DNA of 62,748 bases, taken from the IMG/VR virus record IMGVR_UViG_3300037096_000044, positions 1 through 62,748 of that record, one strand, 5' to 3'. The notes beneath the pieces are model-generated. The model was not told the DNA's origin and searched no databases. It worked only from the letters and a program-made list of their open reading frames with translations. Each line of letters begins with the position of its first letter. The first letter of the stretch is position 1. A program made the translations under genes and the position numbers. Shown piece by piece: positions 28,187 to 37,868 of the stretch. The DNA is from a virus.

Positions 28187-29879
28187 TGAACAGTTCCTTA
28201 AGTTGGGCGAAGTGATCGCCGGTTGGAGTAACAATCGGTTCGCAGCGCTTCGCCATCAAGGCTAGCGCATCGAATATGTCGGCCGGTTCCCGGCTAACAG
28301 TCGCCGCCGCAGTGATAAGTTCTTGGGCTTCTTCTTCGCCCATACTCGAAAGCAACGCATCGAGAAGTTCAGCAATGATATCGCCAAATTGAGTGAGCAT
28401 GGTACCGAACTTGTCCGTCAGTTCCTTACTGACTTCAACGGTCGTGGCACCCCACGCAAACGGGCAGCAGTAATTGTCCGCCTGTCCTTCCAACCGTTCC
28501 TCGGCACATTCGAGCGAGGCGAGGAGCGAAAGAAGATTGGACACCACGTAAAAATCCGCGATGCCGCCTTTCGCTATCTTGGACTTCCAATCGTCCGGTA
28601 GCGCGTCCGTCGCCCCGAGCGCGCGGGCGCGGGCCTTAATGTGGCGCTTAGCGCTCGCTTTATTCTTCGCGCGACCGTGGGCGATGATAGCGTTTTCCAA
28701 ATCCTTCTTGTTCTCGATTGGGAACGAACCATCCGGCATCGCCGCTCCCGAACTCGCCGCTGCGTCACGCTCCTTTGAAGAGAAATCACGTTTACCGAAG
28801 TCGATACCAGAACCGGAAAGCAGGTTCATAAACTTCGCGAACATGCCGAGGTCTTCCGGCTCAATGGTCACTGGCTTACGCGGAGCCGTTAAGAAGCTCG
28901 GAATAGGAACGTGGCCAGCGGCCTTCGCGACCTCGATACGGCAATCGGGATTGGCCGGACGATCCACCAAGCTAATCTCAATCAGCTGAAGCTCGGTGAT
29001 TGTAGTGCCCGACTTCGCCATCTTCTTGCCGCCGATAGAATAGCCCTTGAGCACCTTCTCATCAAGCAGCTTGATGCAACCCGGCTCCACGATGCGGGAC
29101 GTAAGGAAGAGGCCCTTGTCATCGACATTCGCTTCCTTCGCGGTGCCGACTGCAATGGGTTGATGCATCTGACGAATGTTACCCCATTCCATATAGTCGG
29201 GAAGCGCTTTCTCGATGGCACCTTTCGAAACAATCTCGCCATCGAGGTCTAACGTCTCGGTTGAGGCGTAGCCGGTAACGGTCCGTGAGCCGTCCGCACC
29301 TTTCTCAACCTTCGTGATCGGAACGAAAAAGTGGATTTGGTCTTCTTTCATAACGGCTCCTTTAGTCGCCGAAGAGGTCTGTGCTGCTTTCATCGCCGCC
29401 AATAATTTCTTGTCGCCTGAGTATGGAGCTAGTTCAAGGTTGTCCGGAACTCGCGTCACTCGCTCGTGTTCGTCTTCGTGAATATAAGGTTCGTAAGCGT
29501 CTTGGTACGATTGCCAAGACAAGTCGAGTTGTTCCGTGACGTAAGGTTTCTCAAACAAGAACGTCGCGATACCATGCGCGTCCTTATAGATCATTTTGAG
29601 AACGTTAATGCAATACGTCTCCGGTATCTCGTGATGAGGAAGACAGTTCCGAGGTTTGAAGGTTTTGCCACCAGCCTTCAAAGTCTCCGGCAATTCGTGA
29701 TCCGGAAACCACTCACTCATATCCTCCGAACAACCCGCGAGATAAGGCAGCGTCCAACCGTCATCGTTTAGCTTCGCCTTAACAATCAACTCGGCTATTG
29801 CCGCACAGACCTCGTCAGTAATCTGCGCGACTAAATCATCCGAAGGATAAGGCGTCTCAAGGTGATGGCCTGACGACAT
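28176..29879 (-). CDS. Prohead serine protease (HK97 S78/U35-like core) with extra N- and C-terminal regions.
   Basis: The core is LDLDGEIVSKGAIEKAL...IRQMHQPIAVG...GYSIGG...IEISLVDRPANP. About 180 aa precede it; a possible internal start is MKEDQIHFF. Confidence 0.6.
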   Translation of the reverse strand: MSSGHHLETPYPSDDLVAQITDEVCAAIAELIVKAKLNDDGWTLPYLAGCSEDMSEWFPDHELPETLKAGGKTFKPRNCLPHHEIPETYCINVLKMIYKDAHGIATFLFEKPYVTEQLDLSWQSYQDAYEPYIHEDEHERVTRVPDNLELAPYSGDKKLLAAMKAAQTSSATKGAVMKEDQIHFFVPITKVEKGADGSRTVTGYASTETLDLDGEIVSKGAIEKALPDYMEWGNIRQMHQPIAVGTAKEANVDDKGLFLTSRIVEPGCIKLLDEKVLKGYSIGGKKMAKSGTTITELQLIEISLVDRPANPDCRIEVAKAAGHVPIPSFLTAPRKPVTIEPEDLGMFAKFMNLLSGSGIDFGKRDFSSKERDAAASSGAAMPDGSFPIENKKDLENAIIAHGRAKNKASAKRHIKARARALGATDALPDDWKSKIAKGGIADFYVVSNLLSLLASLECAEERLEGQADNYCCPFAWGATTVEVSKELTDKFGTMLTQFGDIIAELLDALLSSMGEEEAQELITAAATVSREPADIFDALALMAKRCEPIVTPTGDHFAQLKELFNVQ

Positions 29880-30275
29880 CTAGCCTCCGGGAATGATCAA
29901 CGGTTTACGCTTAGGCGTCAACAGCTGCTCTTTCTTCCATTGAAGTGCGTAAGAGTGATGAAGCTCTGCGCCCTTTCGCCGGGTGATCATCTGCTGGCCA
30001 TCGATCCAAGCTTCCACCGGAGTAACGACCATGACGCTAATAGTCTTCGGCTCCGATAAAGCGTCCGCCATCATAAGTAACCGGCCCGCTGCCGTCCGGG
30101 CTTGATGCGGGGTTAGAGCAGCCACCAGTTGGGTGCCTGGTACAATATCACCATTGGCTTTCGTTTCAAGTATTTCCGTTAACGCAATCGCCACACCACC
30201 TTCGTGCGGGATGATCTCAAACGCTACGTTACCGGGAAGTTCTGCTTCCGCGCCGTTTAGTTTTCCGTTGATCAT
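29880..30275 (-). CDS. Hypothetical protein.
   Basis: 131-aa ORF whose stop abuts the protease start. Confidence 0.45.
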   Translation of the reverse strand: MINGKLNGAEAELPGNVAFEIIPHEGGVAIALTEILETKANGDIVPGTQLVAALTPHQARTAAGRLLMMADALSEPKTISVMVVTPVEAWIDGQQMITRRKGAELHHSYALQWKKEQLLTPKRKPLIIPGG

Positions 30276-31674
30276 TGTCGTCGCCTTTCATCATCTTTAC
30301 GATAGCGAACTTCATCCGCTCAATCGGTTCGTCCCAATTGTTCGGATCAACCTGGTTAAACAACCGAACCGAACTGTACCAAGGCTCCGCGCCACGCGCC
30401 CACCGCCAGCAAGGATTGATCGGATTGAACATAAACGTCGGACGCCCGAGCGCTCCAGCGATATGTACCGCGACAGTATCGACCGTGATGATTAGGTCCA
30501 TCGTATCCATAACGTTCGCAGTGTCCGCGAAGTCCCGGATGCCATTCGTGGCGTCCACAATAAGGTTCTCGGCTCCGAACTTCACTAGCTCACTATTGAA
30601 CTCTCCAACTTGGAGCGAGTGGAGCTTAACGCCACGAAGCTCTCCGAGAGTTACAAGCGCCGGAAGCGGAACGGAACGCTGCCGCGATCTTTCGTAACCT
30701 GAAGATGCGGACCAAACTAGACCGATGTTAAATGTTGGAGAGGTCCTGCGGACGCCACGGGGCGACGGCCGCAGCGCCCGCAGGTACGGCCCGGCTGACG
30801 GCAAGTTACCGTAAGTCGAACCGATAAGTGGAAGGACCGAGATGAGAGGAGAGTGGTAATCCGCCTTCATCGCAACCTTCACAATTTGTCCGGGCTGATC
30901 GATGTCGATAATTTCATCAACCTCGCACCGCCCAGTAAGCAATCGGATTAGCTCGTTTGGCGATGCAAAAACAACCTTCGCCCTCGGCCATTTCTTTTTC
31001 AACTGCGGGATGAACCGGATGAATTGAACGCTATCACCGAAACCTTGCTCACGGTGAATGATGATCGTCTTATCGTTCAAGTCTTCACCGGTCCACCGCA
31101 CCACGCCGGTATCCCAAACCATTGACTTATTAAGCATCCCATTCCAGCGGACCTCGGAGAGCTTCAAACCTTCGAGAAGATCGCCCGACTTAAGGACCGT
31201 CAGCGCCAGATCGTGGCGAAGCGGAATATTGTCCGGCTTTAAATCGAGCGAGCGCCGGAGATGATGAGCACCTAACAATGGCTTTCCGACCGAATAATAA
31301 AGCAACCCCATATTGTGATGAAAGCCAGGGTGCTTATCGTTCAACTTCAAAGCTCGCAGCAACGCCACTTCCGCGTTCGGAAAATCCTGGACCCGCCACA
31401 GTGTATTCCCAAGATCATTCCACGCCTCCGCGTTCGAAGGATCGAGCGCCAAGGATTTACGCTGAAGCGCAGCGGAAGCTTCATAACGTCCAGAGCTATT
31501 GATTAGATTGCCGAGCTTGTGGTAAGCCTCGGCGCAGCCGGGGTCTGCATCGACCGCGCCGAGGAACATAGCTCTAGCATTATTCGCGTCTCCGGCCGCC
31601 ATGCGCTCGTTACCGAGCGCAACCATTCCGGAGGCGCGGGCCTTCGCTTCGTCATTCTTCATATTGCCGTGCAT
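30229..31674 (-). CDS. TPR-repeat protein fused to a GT-B (GT9/heptosyltransferase-like) glycosyltransferase domain.
   Basis: Several TPR units are present (AEAYHKLGNL..., AEAWNDLGNTL..., GFHHNMGLLYY...). These are followed by IIIHREQGFGDSVQFIRFIPQLKKKWP, a GT9-like G-x-G-D motif. Confidence 0.55.
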   Translation of the reverse strand: MHGNMKNDEAKARASGMVALGNERMAAGDANNARAMFLGAVDADPGCAEAYHKLGNLINSSGRYEASAALQRKSLALDPSNAEAWNDLGNTLWRVQDFPNAEVALLRALKLNDKHPGFHHNMGLLYYSVGKPLLGAHHLRRSLDLKPDNIPLRHDLALTVLKSGDLLEGLKLSEVRWNGMLNKSMVWDTGVVRWTGEDLNDKTIIIHREQGFGDSVQFIRFIPQLKKKWPRAKVVFASPNELIRLLTGRCEVDEIIDIDQPGQIVKVAMKADYHSPLISVLPLIGSTYGNLPSAGPYLRALRPSPRGVRRTSPTFNIGLVWSASSGYERSRQRSVPLPALVTLGELRGVKLHSLQVGEFNSELVKFGAENLIVDATNGIRDFADTANVMDTMDLIITVDTVAVHIAGALGRPTFMFNPINPCWRWARGAEPWYSSVRLFNQVDPNNWDEPIERMKFAIVKMMKGDDNDQRKTKRRGSRTSR

Positions 31675-31697
31675 TGTCGTCGCCTATTTTTGGAAGA

Positions 31698-32426
31698 TCA
31701 ACCCGGATAAATGTAACTGTAACCGAACGAGAGGCCGTGGGTGCCGTCCGGAACTGTGGTCGGGGTGATCAAGCCACTCGCCACCACGAGCGTGCCCACC
31801 GTCTCATCCGCAGGAACGGAAAGACCGAGCGTGCCAGCGGTCGGAGTGATCTTGGTTTCCTTCGTGACCGATAGGCTGGTGAAGCTCGTATCGAGCGGCA
31901 ACGCGAGAACGTTGTTGGTGCCGATCTGAATGACTTGTGCCGAACCGCCCGCCGCGCTCGCATAAATGGTTCCTGACGTAAGATGTTCGACACCTTTCGA
32001 AGTGTACTGGGTGGCAGACGTAACGGTGCCGGCGAAGTTGAAAATGTCCGTTTGCGTCGTACCATCGTTCGCGGTGTAAGTCAACCCGAGCGAACCGGCT
32101 GTGAGTGTGCCGGTCATGTTGAGAAGGACAGCCAACTGGCGCGGAACGTCCGGCTGAGCCGCGATGGTAAGCGTAGTCGGACCGGCCGATAGCGACGTGG
32201 ACGAAACGGTGACGGAAGGCGAAGACGCGGCCGGAGCGCCGGGCGTATTGTATGAGCGGTGCACCGTCGTGGCGAATTTAAAGCCGAGCTTGATAAAATC
32301 GTTCGCGTCGGCAGGGTTAATGGAAACTGTGCCATTGGATTGGACGAACACAGTCCCAGAGTTCATCGATTGCACCGATCCGCCAAACCCGGCAGGAGCG
32401 AACATCGTAACGTTTGCGAGAGCCAT
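31698..32426 (-). CDS. Ser/Thr/Gly-rich structural-type protein (decoration or fibre candidate, possible glycosylation substrate).
   Basis: 242 aa with runs such as SSPSVTVSSTSLSAGPTTLT. It is embedded between glycosyltransferase genes. Confidence 0.45.
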   Translation of the reverse strand: MALANVTMFAPAGFGGSVQSMNSGTVFVQSNGTVSINPADANDFIKLGFKFATTVHRSYNTPGAPAASSPSVTVSSTSLSAGPTTLTIAAQPDVPRQLAVLLNMTGTLTAGSLGLTYTANDGTTQTDIFNFAGTVTSATQYTSKGVEHLTSGTIYASAAGGSAQVIQIGTNNVLALPLDTSFTSLSVTKETKITPTAGTLGLSVPADETVGTLVVASGLITPTTVPDGTHGLSFGYSYIYPG

Positions 32427-32462
32427 TTTATTAGTTCCTCTTAGCTATGTCGCCTTGCGGAT

Positions 32463-33155
32463 TCAACGTGATCGTCTTTCCATCGCTTCCCGCATTTCGC
32501 GGTAGTGTCCCGACTTTAAGACGTACTCAGGAGCCTTCTTTACTCGTTCCTCAATCTCCTCATAACTAAGGATATAAGGCCAATTAAACATTCCGTGATA
32601 GCCAAACGTTTCCTCGATTGGATAAATCGCCACACGCTCGAAAGCGAAGCGCCCAGCTAACTCGGTCGAGGCCCAAGTAAAACCTTCCCGCTCTAAAACT
32701 GGCCGATAGACCCGACACAAGATTTCATCCTCTGGCAGCCGGACCGGAAAGCCGGTCCTATTTGCCGCGATGTAATCGAGCAACCGTTTAGAGCGAAGAG
32801 AAAAACCGCTATTGCCTACGTTGTTGTGGGTGTACCACCAAGGTGCACCGATGTAGTCGTAATCGAAAAATTCTTGGCGCCAAGCGCCGGGATTAACAAT
32901 CCATCCATCCCATTGAAAGAACAAGGCATGCTTGGTCTCAATATATTTCGGCAGTTCATAATTCGTGTACTGCGCGAATGCATCATAGTTCCGGAACGGC
33001 TCTATCGGGACAGTCTCTCTCCCAAAAGATTTGTCGGTGAATAGTTTTACATCCCCGAACCGAGCGTGTTTTAAACATTCGTCCGCCGCCGCTAACGCCA
33101 ACTCATGGCAATTGTCATAAACACTAACAAGCGTGACGTCAGATAGATCAAGCAT
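32463..33155 (-). CDS. DUF5672-like putative glycosyltransferase.
   Basis: The YDYIGAPWW...VGNSGFSLRSKRLL pattern matches the family as I recall it. Confidence 0.4.
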   Translation of the reverse strand: MLDLSDVTLVSVYDNCHELALAAADECLKHARFGDVKLFTDKSFGRETVPIEPFRNYDAFAQYTNYELPKYIETKHALFFQWDGWIVNPGAWRQEFFDYDYIGAPWWYTHNNVGNSGFSLRSKRLLDYIAANRTGFPVRLPEDEILCRVYRPVLEREGFTWASTELAGRFAFERVAIYPIEETFGYHGMFNWPYILSYEEIEERVKKAPEYVLKSGHYREMREAMERRSR

Positions 33156-33885
33156 CGGCCATTAACCGCGATGATAACCGATCCAACGAAAAATCTACAC
33201 CTGAGTTAACTTCGGCATAGCGTCTCAAATCCTTATAACGAAATGCCGATACCACGCCAGCGGTGACATAAGGATTAATGAAATTATCATCTCGGTTATC
33301 GTCCCTGTAGTCTCCGATCCAAACCACAGTCGGGATGCGCAACATAGCACTCATCGTCTTGAATGCGCTATCACTGCCAACGAACCCTGAACACTCCGCG
33401 ATGTGTGAAAGATTAACTGAGATGTCTTCATTACGAACGAGCCGAAGCCTCGGACTTTCTTTCAATCCGAATTGATCCAGTTCATCGACCGACCCGAACA
33501 GCAAGAAATTATATTGCGAAGCTTTCAATACGAGTCCGACTAGCACTCTCAGCGGAAGGGCCTTTGACGGGAAGCCAAAGCGCTTCTCAACACTGATCGA
33601 GTAGCCGGAGCCTCCGAGATGAACGCCAATGACCGGGCGTCTATCGGTGAAGATTGGGTCTTGTCTCGGAAACGGGTTATTGTTAAGGAATAAAGTCCGT
33701 GGGCAATTCTTCGCGCCTTTCAACCGGCCAAGTGATAGTTCCTCCACTGATATGCCGAGTGACCGGAAGAACTCCGGGATACAATCGTTATGCGAGGCGA
33801 CTAGGTAATCGTGTTCCGGGTGCGCCATCATAAATGGCAAGCACTGTAAGAAATCCCCAATGCCACCTTTAACCGCGACCCTCAC
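33148..33885 (-). CDS. GT9-like glycosyltransferase.
   Basis: Has MRVAVKGGIGDFLQCLPFM (G-x-G-D) and a later SDSAFKTMSAML block. Confidence 0.4.
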   Translation of the reverse strand: MRVAVKGGIGDFLQCLPFMMAHPEHDYLVASHNDCIPEFFRSLGISVEELSLGRLKGAKNCPRTLFLNNNPFPRQDPIFTDRRPVIGVHLGGSGYSISVEKRFGFPSKALPLRVLVGLVLKASQYNFLLFGSVDELDQFGLKESPRLRLVRNEDISVNLSHIAECSGFVGSDSAFKTMSAMLRIPTVVWIGDYRDDNRDDNFINPYVTAGVVSAFRYKDLRRYAEVNSGVDFSLDRLSSRLMADA

Positions 33886-34919
33886 GCTAGCGCCTCTTCT
33901 TCTTTGAACCTATCCAATAGCATCTCGCGGTGAGCGTCGATATTGCTCGGCATGCAATGCGTCAGCTGACCGCAATTGTGGCAAGGCAGCTTACTTTCAC
34001 GGCGCTTACCTTCAAGGTGCATACGCCGAAGATCATTCATCTTGTCCGAGTTCCAAATCTCCTTCAAAGATTGATTGTTGGCATTACCAATAATCAATCT
34101 TCGCTCCCAGTCCTGAAAGCAAGAGCTAACGAGGCCATCCGCATTTACTGCCATGCTATAGAAAATGTAAGAGCAAACATCGACCTCTTTGATTGGCTGA
34201 TTGTAAAGGCCGGTGGTGATCGTCGCTCCGGTGAAGCCTTCAATGTCAAACTCCGGCCAGCATGGCGCAAAGTTCTCGGCAAAGATGCGGTCGCAATGAT
34301 CGCCAAAAGTATCAAAGAAACGGGCACGGGCGTCCGCATCCAGCATCTCGTTCAAAGTCTTGATGACAATTTCACACTTGCCCTTATTCGCGTACAACCA
34401 TTTCACGTTCTCCACGAACCGGGCGAAGTCGAATTTGACACCGGTGAACTTCGCGTAAGTGGCTTCATCCATCCCATCGACCGATATGTTGATCCGATCT
34501 ATCCCGGCTTCGAGCACCGGCGCCAACCGTTCGGGAGTAATGAGCGAGCCATTCGTGGTGGTATCGATATAAGGAACGGAAGGAGAGAGCTTCGCATAAC
34601 GGATCATATCTGCTAGGCGCTTATTGAGAAACGGCTCGCCATCCTTATAGAGCCGCAAGACGCGGATGGGTTTGGGGAATTCCGAAAGGTCATCGATGAT
34701 CTTTTGGAATACCTCCAACTTCATCGCGCCGACGAAGCGCCCTGTGCCCGCGATTAAATCCGGATGGCCAGTCGGACAAAAGACGCACTTGAAATTGCAA
34801 GCGCTCGCCGGGTCCACGAAGAGAACGTAAGGTGTGGTCAACGGTATGACCGTCTCCAACAGAGTACGGTCTTCGAGATTGATGCGAGGCTTAAGCTGTG
34901 CTCTCATTTCTTTTCTCAA
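33882..34919 (-). CDS. Radical SAM enzyme with a SPASM-type C-terminal Cys cluster.
   Basis: SACNFKCVFCP matches CxxxCxxC. The C-terminal cysteines are CSYIF...SSCFQDW...PCHNCGQLTHC. Confidence 0.7.
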   Translation of the reverse strand: MRKEMRAQLKPRINLEDRTLLETVIPLTTPYVLFVDPASACNFKCVFCPTGHPDLIAGTGRFVGAMKLEVFQKIIDDLSEFPKPIRVLRLYKDGEPFLNKRLADMIRYAKLSPSVPYIDTTTNGSLITPERLAPVLEAGIDRINISVDGMDEATYAKFTGVKFDFARFVENVKWLYANKGKCEIVIKTLNEMLDADARARFFDTFGDHCDRIFAENFAPCWPEFDIEGFTGATITTGLYNQPIKEVDVCSYIFYSMAVNADGLVSSCFQDWERRLIIGNANNQSLKEIWNSDKMNDLRRMHLEGKRRESKLPCHNCGQLTHCMPSNIDAHREMLLDRFKEEEALA

Positions 34920-34942
34920 TGATATAAAAATATTGATTCATT

Positions 34943-36004
34943 TCACTCACCTCGTTCTTTTGGGATCGCAAAAACGACCGCGCCGCAACCGCAATAACAA
35001 TAAAGCCGAAACAAGAAACGGTAATCCCTTAAATTTTCCATCATCCATTCCGCCGCGCGCCACAGCCCGTCCGAATTGTGATAGACGCCCACCGCTAGGA
35101 TTGGCCGGTGCTGCGCTAAGGTTTCCGTCGCTCCGCGTAAGGCGTCGAACTCGCCACCCTCCAAGTGAGCCTTAATAAAGGTCGGAGCTTCATTTAGCTC
35201 ATCGATAGTTCTCACCCGCACTTTAGTACGGCCGCGCAAGTCCAGCTTCGCCGTCAAACCATCTCCGAACATTAAGCCAATTCCAGGGTGACGGCCTAAA
35301 GCATCGAAGATGATTGTCGCGCCGCTCAGGTTAGATTTCAGCTGCGCAAGGTTCGATACCATCGGCTCAATGGCGACGATCCGCGTTGAAGCTCCCATTA
35401 CCTCTCGCGCCTTAAGCGACGCAGCGCCGATATAAGCTCCGCAATCTAGGAAGACTTCGTGATCGTGTAAGACCGCGCGAACCTCGGGGATGAAGTAGCG
35501 ATCTTCAACCGGGATTAACGGAGCTTCCTTAAATGACCACTCTTCCCGAAGCCGACGCCAAGCAACAAATTGGGTATGATGAGCGCGGGAATAATGATCG
35601 TCCCATCGGTCCCAAACCTTAAAGACGCGGCGCTCATCACCTAGAGATAGATCGCCAGCGAACCAACCGTTGTTAAGCGGGTGACGGTCGGTGTAGCATT
35701 GCGCCAGATCATAGAACGGTACAACCTCTTCAAATCCTCTTCCGTGAAGAAGCTGCTCAATAGGCGCATAAGGCGAAGTAACAATAGCAACCGCGACCGG
35801 ATAACTATTTGAAACTTTCTCATCGCGCTCAAACCAAGAGACAGGTTCAATATTGAGCGTCTTAAAAAACTCCATCGCCAACCGGCCGAGATTACCACGC
35901 CCATAAAGGTGGACTGGTTGGTTGGTATAATCCTTCATCCTCGCTGCTGGCGACTTCGTCAATGCTAAATGTAACGCGGAGAAGGAACTCAAGACACCAG
36001 CCAC
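34943..36004 (-). CDS. FkbM-family methyltransferase.
   Basis: Contains VFLDCGAYIGAAS...VAIEP...IKAHLEGGEFDAL. Confidence 0.55.
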   Translation of the reverse strand: MAGVLSSFSALHLALTKSPAARMKDYTNQPVHLYGRGNLGRLAMEFFKTLNIEPVSWFERDEKVSNSYPVAVAIVTSPYAPIEQLLHGRGFEEVVPFYDLAQCYTDRHPLNNGWFAGDLSLGDERRVFKVWDRWDDHYSRAHHTQFVAWRRLREEWSFKEAPLIPVEDRYFIPEVRAVLHDHEVFLDCGAYIGAASLKAREVMGASTRIVAIEPMVSNLAQLKSNLSGATIIFDALGRHPGIGLMFGDGLTAKLDLRGRTKVRVRTIDELNEAPTFIKAHLEGGEFDALRGATETLAQHRPILAVGVYHNSDGLWRAAEWMMENLRDYRFLFRLYCYCGCGAVVFAIPKERGE

Positions 36005-36981
36005 TCGCGGTTATCGAGATACCACCGGACCGTCTTCTCCAGCGATACCTCGAATGATAGCGGAAGCGACCAACCGAGACTTGCAAGCTTCGAGCCATCG
36101 AGCGCATAGCGCAGATCGTGGCCCGGTCGCGAAGAGTGGAAGTCCACCATAACATAGTTCAAATCTTTACCAACAAATCTAGCAACCATCTGCGCTAGTG
36201 CTAGATTGTCAACCTCTTTCTCTCCGACGATATTGAACGTCTCGCCAATGGTGCCTTTAGTCGCGACGAAGTTCAACGCGGCGGCAGCATTACGAGCGTG
36301 GATATAGAAGCGGCTACCGGGAACGGTGAGCGACTTATCAGCGTGAATGGTAACTCGCTCTCCGCGCAGCACTCGCGAAATAATCATCGGAACAAACTTT
36401 TCCGGGTGCTGCCGTTCTCCAAAAACGTTCATCGTGTGAACGATCTTTATTGGTAAGCCGTAGGTGTTACCAAACGAGACGACTAGCTGCTCGGCTCCGG
36501 CCTTCGTCGCCGCGTAAGGATTACAAGCGTTGTACGGGGCATGTTCCTTATGGAAGACGCCCGGAGCGGCCGGACCAAAAACCTCATCGGTGGAAAAGTA
36601 GATAAATTGTTCAAGCCCCAAGCCGCGAATTGCGCGCGCATAATCGAGCAGGTTACAAGTTGCCACCACGTTATCATAAACGAACGAGAGCGGATCAGCA
36701 ATCGAACGGTCCACGTGCGTCGCCGCAGCGAGATGATAGACGCGATTAAAATGACCAAGCTGCGAAGCAACGATTGAATTAATCGGCGCTCTTAGATCGT
36801 GATAGACGAACTTGGTCCGCTTCCGGTGAGTTTCCCATCCTCTTATCTGAGCGATACGGTTGAGGTTGCCGGAGGTATCGAGCTTGTCGAGGAAAATGAT
36901 TTCATCATCGGAGGTTCGCAGTATATGTTCCGCGACGCCAGCCCCGATGAAACCCGCGCCGCCCGTGAGGAGTATTCTCAT
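35989..36981 (-). CDS. NDP-sugar 4,6-dehydratase (RmlB-like extended SDR).
   Basis: Contains MRILLTGGAGFIG, STDEVFG and YAATKAGAEQL (YxxxK). Confidence 0.7.
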   Translation of the reverse strand: MRILLTGGAGFIGAGVAEHILRTSDDEIIFLDKLDTSGNLNRIAQIRGWETHRKRTKFVYHDLRAPINSIVASQLGHFNRVYHLAAATHVDRSIADPLSFVYDNVVATCNLLDYARAIRGLGLEQFIYFSTDEVFGPAAPGVFHKEHAPYNACNPYAATKAGAEQLVVSFGNTYGLPIKIVHTMNVFGERQHPEKFVPMIISRVLRGERVTIHADKSLTVPGSRFYIHARNAAAALNFVATKGTIGETFNIVGEKEVDNLALAQMVARFVGKDLNYVMVDFHSSRPGHDLRYALDGSKLASLGWSLPLSFEVSLEKTVRWYLDNREWLVS

Positions 36982-37103
36982 TTGTGTCGTCGCCTTTCGT
37001 TGGTAGAATAATTATCACCGCATCTTCGTCAGGGAAGCGGCGAACGGCGTCAGCGCTCGTACTCTTAAAGCGCCGGGTAATATCAGGAAAGCGAATTACG
37101 TTC

Positions 37104-37868
37104 TCATTCATCTTCGACTACCGGGCTGATAGCGCACTCGCAGTTTGGGTGCGCTGGAGGGGCATCGTCGCCGCTATCGAAATCATCGTCCAAGTCGATT
37201 GGCCCTTGGTCATTATTAGCGACGCAAATCTCGCAAGGCTCAGGGCCGAGCAGCCATTCCTTCTTTAGATTGACGCCCGCTTCACTCTTCGCCGCGCGAT
37301 AACCCGCCATGGCGCCAGTTGAGTTTGAGTGGCTAATCTCCGTCCGGGCGATAAGGTCAGCGCGGTCTTCCGAGAATGCGAACTGATCCGATAGTCCCTC
37401 GGCAATCTGATCTAGACCAATATTCCGCTCAAGCCCATCCACGATAGCTGATCGAAGCATATTCTTTGTTGCTGCATCAATGTTGGTAACGAGTTCGGCA
37501 GCTTGGTCCTCCGCTGCTTTAACCGCGCGCCGGTTAACGAGGTTGGTAATCTTTTCATCGTCCGATAGTCCGACCGTTGATAGAGCTTCCGCGCTCGCAT
37601 CCTCAATGGCGCCTTGAAAATCATCCGTCAACTCCGCGAAGCCGACTAGGGTGGAGAGGTCTAAGCTATCCACGATTTGGTCGGGCTGCTTCTTCGCTTT
37701 CGCGACCTTATCAGAATGAACGAGTTGGTGGGTGATCGAGTGGAGGGCCTTCGTTAAGATCGCGTGGGCCTTAGACTTGACGATGCCTTGAGCGCGGGCA
37801 ACGGTCGCCCTCTCCATTGAGACATGCCTCAAGCGCCGATAAGCCTTCGCGAAAGGGTGCGCCGGCAA
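37104..37868 (-). CDS. Head morphogenesis protein (Mu F / SPP1 gp7-like). The start is uncertain (alternative ATG at 37817).
   Basis: C-terminal PPAHPNCECAISP signature. The gene follows the portal gene and overlaps its 3' end. Confidence 0.6.
   Translation of the reverse strand: MPAHPFAKAYRRLRHVSMERATVARAQGIVKSKAHAILTKALHSITHQLVHSDKVAKAKKQPDQIVDSLDLSTLVGFAELTDDFQGAIEDASAEALSTVGLSDDEKITNLVNRRAVKAAEDQAAELVTNIDAATKNMLRSAIVDGLERNIGLDQIAEGLSDQFAFSEDRADLIARTEISHSNSTGAMAGYRAAKSEAGVNLKKEWLLGPEPCEICVANNDQGPIDLDDDFDSGDDAPPAHPNCECAISPVVEDE

Noticed and set aside
25669-28265. Several 100-210-aa + strand ORFs inside the capsid and scaffold genes (25669..26115, 26959..27402, 27435..27929, 27548..28189).
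   Set aside because: They lie fully within strong minus-strand structural genes of a co-directional operon. Their sequences are Arg/Ala/Ser-rich, as is typical of antisense frames in GC-rich coding DNA.
36905-37111. A 68-aa minus-strand ORF bridging the MuF-like and dehydratase genes.
   Set aside because: It overlaps the dehydratase start by about 77 nt in another frame, and its second half is Arg/Gly-rich. A shorter real peptide (MNENVIRFPDITRRF...) is possible, but I cannot support it.
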